DNA of 24,000 bases from Fidelibacterota bacterium (lineage in GTDB: Bacteria > Fidelibacterota > Marinisomatia > Marinisomatales > S15-B10), in NCBI GenBank assembly GCA_046861835.1, contig JBHIEY010000006.1:3975-27974 (forward strand). Direction: 5' to 3'. The notes under the pieces were generated by a model, which worked only from the letters and a program-made list of their open reading frames with translations, had not been told where the DNA came from and did no database searches. A program made the position numbers and the translations under genes. Numbering within the stretch: position 1 is the first letter of the stretch; each line of letters opens with the position of its first letter. Below are positions 16,801 through 24,000 of the stretch, piece after piece.

Positions 16801-17054
16801 GAATCTTCCTCCCTGAATTTTTCCGGTGACATGTAGACGGGTTTTTCCCCCATGAAGTCGTGATGTCTCAAGATGGCATAACCGTTAGGATGGCGGGTGG
16901 GACAGGTGCGGCAGGAACGGGTACCGTTGATCCGGTGCCTGAGAATATCGAGAATCTTCGCATCCGATTCTTCCGCCCCTTCCACCAGTTCCTCGTCGGT
17001 CTCCACATACCATCGGAGCGTGACGAGATACCGGTACCTGTTCTTTTCACTCAT
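16797..17054 (-). CDS. Hypothetical soluble 85-aa protein, coupled to nuoB
   Basis: Good SD (AAGGAG) about 9 nt upstream of the ATG. Its stop overlaps the nuoB start (ATGA at 16797-16800). Contains CRTCP and several His. No TM segment, so it is not NuoA. Confidence 0.55.
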   Translation of the reverse strand: MSEKNRYRYLVTLRWYVETDEELVEGAEESDAKILDILRHRINGTRSCRTCPTRHPNGYAILRHHDFMGEKPVYMSPEKFREEDS

Positions 17055-17101
17055 GGAAAGTTTCTCCTTGCCACTGCCGCCCTTTGGGTACTCGAGTTTT
17101 T

Positions 17102-17208
17102 AATTTAGGAACTCCATTCCTTTTGGCAAACGCCTTTCCCCCGGCTGGCATCCGCCCGCGGGCCCGACCAGCATTGTGATTTACAAAGAGGCGGGATGTT
17201 CCTAAATT
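17102..17208. promoter_or_regulatory. Nested inverted-repeat structure in the divergent intergenic region
   Basis: Perfect 11-bp arms AATTTAGGAAC (17102-17112) / GTTCCTAAATT (17198-17208). Inside them: GCTGG (17144-17148) / CCAGC (17168-17172) and the perfect 10-bp palindrome GCCCGCGGGC (17154-17163). Confidence 0.35.
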
Positions 17209-17244
17209 TAACTGGATTGAGGTGTCCTGTTTTTGTGTCCCTGA

Positions 17245-18954
<1,710 letters not shown>

Positions 18955-18989
18955 GGCTTTATCCAATCTGGAACCGGAATAAACTCTTT

Positions 18990-19004
18990 GGGCCCGCGGG
19001 GGCC
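18990..19004 (+). terminator. Weak candidate hairpin downstream of the malic enzyme gene
   Basis: GGCCC (18991-18995) / GGGCC (19000-19004) with loop gcgg, followed by only a mildly T-rich tract. Short stem, so weak. Confidence 0.2.
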
Positions 19005-19024
19005 TGAACTTATATTCTATAAAC

Positions 19025-19744
19025 GTGATCCCTCACGAGACCATTCCCCCCTTTGGGCCCCTGTGGTGGAAGGCCAATGTTCCCACCGTGGCCGTCATCG
19101 GAGCGCTCATCATTCTGGGGAGACGCCTCTCCCCCGTTCACCGGGAGCGCCTGGCGGTGGTGCTGGCGGGTGTTCTCATCGCCCGGGCGATTCTGATCCA
19201 TCCCTATCTCATCCACCTGGGACGGTGGCGGGTGCAATCGAGCCTGCCGCTGCATATGTGCGGACTGTCGGCCATACTATCGGGGGTGGTCCTTCTGTGG
19301 CGGAATCAGCGGGCATATGAGTTCCTCTACTACTGGGGAATTCCCGGCGCTTTTCACTCCCTGCTGACCCCTGAATTCACCAGCGGGCGCGTGGGACTGT
19401 TGTTTCCGGAATACTTCATCTCACACGGCGGTATTCTCGCTTCGGCCCTCTATTTGACCCTGGTGCTCGGGATGAAGCCCCGACGGGGTTCCTGGTGGAA
19501 GATTGCCCTATGGACCCAGCCCGTCCTCGTCATTATTGGACTGGCCAACTGGGTATGGGACGCCAATTATATGTATCTCAGTCAGAAACCGATGGTGAAC
19601 AATCCTTTCGTCATTGGCGAGTGGCCCTGGTATCTTGCCGGTCTGGAGATCGCCGGATTGCTTCATTTTGTCGCTGTATATTCTCCCTTTGGACTTCGAT
19701 ACTATCGACAGGCAGCGCCGGTCAGGAAGGCCGTTTCCCACTGA
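19025..19744 (+). CDS. Polytopic membrane protein, YwaF/TIGR02206-like
   Basis: 239 aa with 6-7 hydrophobic segments. The SLPLHMCG motif resembles the LPLHLC signature I associate with the TIGR02206 family. GTG start, no obvious SD. Confidence 0.55.
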   Translation: MIPHETIPPFGPLWWKANVPTVAVIGALIILGRRLSPVHRERLAVVLAGVLIARAILIHPYLIHLGRWRVQSSLPLHMCGLSAILSGVVLLWRNQRAYEFLYYWGIPGAFHSLLTPEFTSGRVGLLFPEYFISHGGILASALYLTLVLGMKPRRGSWWKIALWTQPVLVIIGLANWVWDANYMYLSQKPMVNNPFVIGEWPWYLAGLEIAGLLHFVAVYSPFGLRYYRQAAPVRKAVSH

Positions 19745-19788
19745 CGCCCCCTCTTTCCCGGAGGGAGTCAAGAGACGATTCTGACATC

Positions 19789-20874
19789 ATGAGTTTTCCT
19801 TCAGGTGCAGGCCGGTGGATCCTCCCCTTCATGGTTGTCCTGACGGGATGCGAACCGCTGGCCACCGGTTTCGATCCCGTGGAGGAAGCCCTCCTTTACC
19901 GGGCGAAACGGATAACGGCTCCCCCGTCATCGGTGACGGAAGTGACGGTCATGACCTGGAATATCCGCTACGGGGCAGCCGGCATCCGCTGGTTTGGAGA
20001 TTCGTGCGGTGACCGGGTGATCCTGACGGGGGAGGAAGTCACACGGGGTCTGGAGGGTCTCGCCCGGGAGATTCGGGCCGCCGATCCCGATATTCTGCTT
20101 CTGCAAGAAGTGGACAGGGAGTCCAAACGAACGGCCTATATGGATCAGGTACAGTGGTTGCTGGATCATACCGGCCTCAACTACGGGGCGTATGCCTCCG
20201 TGTGGCAGGTCCAGTTTATCCCCAGTGAGGGGTTAGGGCGCATGGATGCGGGCAATGCCGTCTTGAGTCGCTGGGAAATCGCCGATGCCCAGAGAATCGC
20301 CCTCGATCTCCGGACGGATCAGAGTGCACTGACCCGTTATTTTTACCTGAGGCGGAATATTCTCAAGGTCCGGCTCGAACTCCCCGCCCGGGACGATTTC
20401 TTCGTGGTGAATGTTCACACATCGGCTTTCGCCGAGGACGATACCAAGCGCAACCATATCGCTGACTTCGAAAGTGTCCTGGCCGGCCTGGAAGCGGAAG
20501 GGGCTCTGTTTGTGGCCGGAGGAGATTTGAATGAGATCCCCCCCGGTTCCGACTCCACCGACTACTGTGATGAAGCCCGTTGCCCCGGCGAGAGTGAGCA
20601 GGTCTGTCCGGAAGGGAGCGACTACACCGGTGAAGCCGAATGGCTTGACGGTCTCTACCGGGCGTTCCGTCCCGCCGTTCCTCTTGATCGGTACCATCAA
20701 GACAACCGGTCCTATTTCACCTACGGGCGCTACAGCAACGGGTGGTGGGACCGGAAGCTCGATTACCTGTTCACCAATGGCCGGTGGGTGACCCATTCCG
20801 ATTCCACTCATCAGCGTCCCTTTGGACTGTCGGATCATGCGGCGGTGAGTGCCACGCTGCGGGTGGTACCTTGA
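19789..20874 (+). CDS. Endonuclease/exonuclease/phosphatase (EEP) family lipoprotein
   Basis: Start at ATG 19789 gives MSFPSGAGRWILPFMVVLTGCEP (lipobox LTGC). EEP motifs: VMTWNIRYG, DILLLQEVD, NAVLSRW, VNVHTSAF, GGDLNE, LSDHAAVSATL. Confidence 0.85.
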   Translation: MSFPSGAGRWILPFMVVLTGCEPLATGFDPVEEALLYRAKRITAPPSSVTEVTVMTWNIRYGAAGIRWFGDSCGDRVILTGEEVTRGLEGLAREIRAADPDILLLQEVDRESKRTAYMDQVQWLLDHTGLNYGAYASVWQVQFIPSEGLGRMDAGNAVLSRWEIADAQRIALDLRTDQSALTRYFYLRRNILKVRLELPARDDFFVVNVHTSAFAEDDTKRNHIADFESVLAGLEAEGALFVAGGDLNEIPPGSDSTDYCDEARCPGESEQVCPEGSDYTGEAEWLDGLYRAFRPAVPLDRYHQDNRSYFTYGRYSNGWWDRKLDYLFTNGRWVTHSDSTHQRPFGLSDHAAVSATLRVVP

Positions 20875-20888
20875 GTGCCGGAAGAGGA

Positions 20889-21698
20889 ATGGCCGTCGCG
20901 GGTCTACTGGCGATCCTGGCATTGACCGCGTACGGCCAGGAGATGGGGACCCCCCGCAGGATATGGTCCGCCGGAACGGCCCGCGTCCTGCCGGAAGGGA
21001 GGTGGGAGACGGGGGTGTTTCAACCCGTGAGAGTGGGAACCTCCGGCCCCTGGGAGTGGTCCGTTCATCCCATCTGGTTTTTCCAGATTCCCAACGTGCG
21101 AATCAAGGTGGCCCACCCCGGCCGGTTGGGGTGGCAGGCAGCCTCCCGCCACAGCGTGGTCTACCCCACGCCTCTCTTGAGGCGCCTCCAGAAAAAAGGG
21201 CTCGGTTTCCGGGCCCTGGCAGAAATAGATTTCGGTGGCATTATCACGGCCGATCCCACCGTGGGAGAGATCCCTCATATGATTCTGTCCCGCCACGAGA
21301 TCATACTCACACACCGGCTGGGTTCCTCCGGTCTTGTCACCGCGAAAGGAGGCGTGGCTCTGGCCTTGAGAAGCGGAAAACTGGACGAGCGCACCACCAT
21401 TGATCTCCCTATCGTCTTTCCGCGCCTGGGGGTCCTGTACGACGGGTTCGGAATGAATGCCGGTGTGGATGTTGTCCGGAGATTAGCCCGGGGTCTGGAC
21501 TATCTTGTCGATTCAGATCTACTGTTTCTTCCCGTGTCATCGGTAAAGGCCTTTGAGCACAAAGGACTGTTGATCTGGACCCGGAGTCGCAAGTTTCAAG
21601 TGATTGCCGGTTACAAGCTCGTTTTCGGGGAATATCCTTTTGGTACCCGGTGGCACCTGTTTCCCCTCCTGGATCTTCAATGGGGGTGGAGCCGGTGA
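20889..21698 (+). CDS. Secreted protein, possible outer-membrane beta-barrel, unknown function
   Basis: Signal peptide MAVAGLLAILALTAYGQE. Alternating hydrophobic/polar stretches and an aromatic-rich C-terminus (DLQWGWSR). An alternative TTG start at 20871 overlaps the EEP stop. Confidence 0.45.
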   Translation: MAVAGLLAILALTAYGQEMGTPRRIWSAGTARVLPEGRWETGVFQPVRVGTSGPWEWSVHPIWFFQIPNVRIKVAHPGRLGWQAASRHSVVYPTPLLRRLQKKGLGFRALAEIDFGGIITADPTVGEIPHMILSRHEIILTHRLGSSGLVTAKGGVALALRSGKLDERTTIDLPIVFPRLGVLYDGFGMNAGVDVVRRLARGLDYLVDSDLLFLPVSSVKAFEHKGLLIWTRSRKFQVIAGYKLVFGEYPFGTRWHLFPLLDLQWGWSR

Positions 21699-22600
21699 CA
21701 CCTGAACGGGTAAAACGGTTTATGCTGGCGGTGAATCCTTCGGGGGGAATCCGGCGAAGCCTGGAGATTCTCGACGCCGTCAGGCCCGTGTTTGACGAGG
21801 CGGGCATGGATCTGAAGGTATGGGAAACGGAATATGCCGGTCATGCTGCCGATATGATCCATTCCATGGACCTGGGTGAACTTGACGGCTTCTGCATCAT
21901 CGGCGGTGATGGCACCCTTCACGAACTGGTGAACGGCCTTTTGACCCGGGCCGACGGCGCCACGGTCCCCGTTGGCTGTATCCCCGGGGGAACGGGGAAT
22001 TCCTTCATGCACCACCTGGAGTGTCTGGATGCTGTGAAAGCCGCCCGCCGAATCGTAAGGGGCAACAGGCGGCCCATTGATGTGGCCAGGGTGACAACGG
22101 GGGACGAAACGGTCTACTGTTTCAACATTGTGGGATGGGGGATCGTCACCGACATCAATCGAATGGCCGAAAGGATACGATGGCTCGGGGAAAGCCGGTA
22201 CAGCGTGAGTACCCTGGCCCACATTGTCACGCTGAGACGCCGGAGAGCGAGGGTGATCCTCGACGATGAGGAGTGGGAGGATGAGTTCATCTTCCTCATG
22301 GGGTGCAACACCCGGTATACGGGAAAAGGGATGCTTCTGGCTCCCCGCGCCAGAATCGGGGATGGACTGATAGATGTGGTCATGATCCGGGATGCCAGGA
22401 GGTGGGAACTGTTGAAAATGTTTCCGAAAGTGTTTGATGGATCCCATCTCGAGTTTCCCTTTGTGGAGTACCGCCAGGTTCGCTCCTTTTCCGTGATGCC
22501 GTCGGAAGATGAAATCCTCAACCTGGACGGGGAACTCAAAGGGTCCACCCCTTTCACCGTGGACATGGTGCCCGGGGCCTTTGAGGTATTTGCATCCTGA
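21695..22600 (+). CDS. Diacylglycerol kinase catalytic-domain lipid kinase (YegS/BmrU family)
   Basis: FMLAVNPSGG, FCIIGGDGTLHELVNGL, IPGGTGNSF. The start is uncertain: GTG 21695 (GTGA overlap with the upstream stop), ATG 21680 or ATG 21722. Confidence 0.88.
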   Translation: MTPERVKRFMLAVNPSGGIRRSLEILDAVRPVFDEAGMDLKVWETEYAGHAADMIHSMDLGELDGFCIIGGDGTLHELVNGLLTRADGATVPVGCIPGGTGNSFMHHLECLDAVKAARRIVRGNRRPIDVARVTTGDETVYCFNIVGWGIVTDINRMAERIRWLGESRYSVSTLAHIVTLRRRRARVILDDEEWEDEFIFLMGCNTRYTGKGMLLAPRARIGDGLIDVVMIRDARRWELLKMFPKVFDGSHLEFPFVEYRQVRSFSVMPSEDEILNLDGELKGSTPFTVDMVPGAFEVFAS

Positions 22601-22723
22601 ATTCAGAATCCGGAGATTTATTGGTAATTTCGGTTGGCCTTCACCGTTACATTCTAAAATAAAGGATCCGTCCCGTCCATTTTCAGGATCATGGGATCCA
22701 CAAGCTAACAGGAGGCTTCAAGC

Positions 22724-23020
22724 ATGGCTGATTACCCATCGTCTGTTGTGACCCGGGACCGGAAGGGCAATGAGGAGGTGCGGCTGCTGGTAGACAGGGG
22801 CCGCTTTGTCCGGTATCAATATATGAATCCGGAAACGGGGGAAATCGTGGAGAAAGAGAAGATGTCCATTATCCTCTTGACGGAGGAAGGCGAAAAGGAA
22901 CATCTCTACATTATTCCCTTCCAGCCCAACCGGGCCCTGGCCATACGGCCTAAAGTTGAGAAGAAGGACCGGAAAGTATGGAACGGCAGGACGGGGAGGG
23001 AGGAGGAGCTGTTTGAATGA
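22724..23020 (+). CDS. Hypothetical charged 98-aa protein
   Basis: Strong SD (AGGAGG) 8 nt upstream of the ATG. Lys/Glu-rich, no TM segment. Its stop overlaps the next start (ATGA at 23017-23020). Confidence 0.55.
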   Translation: MADYPSSVVTRDRKGNEEVRLLVDRGRFVRYQYMNPETGEIVEKEKMSIILLTEEGEKEHLYIIPFQPNRALAIRPKVEKKDRKVWNGRTGREEELFE

Positions 23021-24000
23021 AAAGAGTCCAGAGGATCCTCCCCTTTTTCGTTCTCGTCTATACCGCCTCTGGCCAGGGGTGGGAGATCACCCTTCGTTCC
23101 GGCGAGGATTTGACCCATCAGGAACTGCAATGGGTGAAGGGGGACTCCCTCGTGGTGCACGGTTATAACACGCCGGGGGGGAGTCCGGCCGCCATTCCTC
23201 TCCATGACATCCTCCTCCTGCGGCGGGTTACGAATGGCGGGCCCAGGGTGGTAAGACGGGGGGCCGCAATCGTGGCAGGCGGGGTCATCGGGTATGGAGC
23301 CGGCCATCTGTTCTACAGGATCGCTCTTCCATGGATTTCGAACGGGGACGACTCGGGAGGGGGGCCGGAATTGAAAAATGTCTTTATTTATGCATCGGCC
23401 CTGGTAGGGGCAATGCATGGAGGAAACTGGCCATTCAACGGAGCTTCGGACACCGTGGCTTACGATTTGAGCCGGATGAGTCCCTCCGAGACAATAGAGA
23501 CGGCACGCCGATTGGTGACGGCGGAAGAGGCCGGCTTTCTGGAACGGATAGGAGAGAAGGGAAGCCGCCTGTTGGGACTGCCGTGGTATAAATGGGAAGT
23601 GACCCTCACCTCGGGGCAGGTCTACCCCCGCGCCAGGTTGGCAGGGATGGCCGGCGACTCCCTCCGGTTCACCGTGGGCTCCCGGTCATTTTCGGTGCCC
23701 GCCGGAGTGGTCCGACGGATAACACGCCGTGCCGTATGGCGGGAATACGGGGCTCCCGTTGTGGGGGCGATGGTAGGCTTGTACGGAGGAGCGGTGGTGG
23801 GGAGAGTCATGTCTGACAGGATTCTTGAACTGCCCCCCGGCTCTCCGGTCACGCCTTTTCCCATGGCGGTGGGTGCCGTCCTGGGGGCGGTCGTCGGTTC
23901 AGGGTATGCCCAACGCTCCCAGGTTACGTACGACCTTTCCGGTTTGACCGGTGAGCAGAAGGCCGGGGCAATCCGGACGTTCATCGTGTCCGGTCCCTGA
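23017..24000 (+). CDS. Secreted/membrane protein with an internally duplicated module carrying glycine-zipper helices, unknown function
   Basis: Signal-like N-terminus MKRVQRILPFFVLVYTASG. Two homologous modules (aa 22-192 and 193-327) share WE[IV]TLxSG, GDSL, Gly-rich hydrophobic helices and [VT]YDLS. The TGA stop falls at 23998-24000. Confidence 0.6.
   Translation: MKRVQRILPFFVLVYTASGQGWEITLRSGEDLTHQELQWVKGDSLVVHGYNTPGGSPAAIPLHDILLLRRVTNGGPRVVRRGAAIVAGGVIGYGAGHLFYRIALPWISNGDDSGGGPELKNVFIYASALVGAMHGGNWPFNGASDTVAYDLSRMSPSETIETARRLVTAEEAGFLERIGEKGSRLLGLPWYKWEVTLTSGQVYPRARLAGMAGDSLRFTVGSRSFSVPAGVVRRITRRAVWREYGAPVVGAMVGLYGGAVVGRVMSDRILELPPGSPVTPFPMAVGAVLGAVVGSGYAQRSQVTYDLSGLTGEQKAGAIRTFIVSGP

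Noticed and set aside
17123-17160. Two TGGCA motifs (TTGGCAAACGCCTTTCC and CTGGCATCCGCCCGCGG) as sigma-54 promoters for the malic enzyme gene
   Set aside because: The first lacks the invariant GC of the -12 element (TTTCC). The second has GG-to-GC spacing off by one. Sigma-54 spacing is strict.
19495-19788. Upstream extension of the EEP ORF; likewise 20742-20888 for the barrel-like protein
   Set aside because: Both extensions overlap the preceding genes and precede clean lipoprotein or signal-peptide starts (ATG 19789, ATG 20889).
22664-22699. Two GGATCC sites 24 nt apart upstream of the 98-aa gene as a regulatory hairpin
   Set aside because: Only the 6-bp self-complementary site itself can pair and there is no extended complementarity. 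This is likely coincidental.

Overview
Bacterial chromosomal window, densely coded, about 58-65% GC in most genes by hand-counted sample lines. I recognised no rRNA, tRNA, CRISPR array, transposase or integrase. Gene order: (i) a 5'-truncated sensor histidine kinase translationally coupled to a sigma-54-dependent (NtrC-type) response regulator. (ii) Two complete but architecturally different complex II enzymes facing each other. One is a + strand sdhCAB-like operon with a single 5-TM, four-His (diheme, Wolinella/Bacillus 'type B') cytochrome b anchor. The other is a - strand E. coli-like frdABCD ('type D', two small heme-less anchors). Their 3' ends overlap by 29 nt. (iii) The frd operon is interrupted between frdA and frdB by a lower-GC DUF559 (Vsr-like) endonuclease gene plus an inverted pair of GC-rich REP-like hairpin units. 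(iv) Upstream on the same strand lies a lower-GC cassette with a cobalamin-type (class B) radical SAM enzyme and small 4-TM proteins of unknown function. (v) A gamma-glutamyl cluster: leaderless GGT homolog, YbdK/GCS2 ligase and a convergent C26 gamma-glutamyl hydrolase. (vi) An orphan NuoB homolog with no other nuo genes, flanked by two small soluble ORFs, one below the ORF-track cutoff. (vii) A large NAD(P) malic enzyme. (viii) A tight + strand cluster of YwaF-like membrane protein, EEP-family lipoprotein, putative outer-membrane barrel and DAGK-family lipid kinase. (ix) A coupled pair of unknowns, the second an internally duplicated glycine-zipper membrane protein. The candidates I rate most worth follow-up are the DUF559/REP insertion in frd, the radical SAM membrane cassette, the orphan NuoB operon and the duplicated-module protein pair. 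All functional calls rest on motifs I could read in the translations; no database search was possible.
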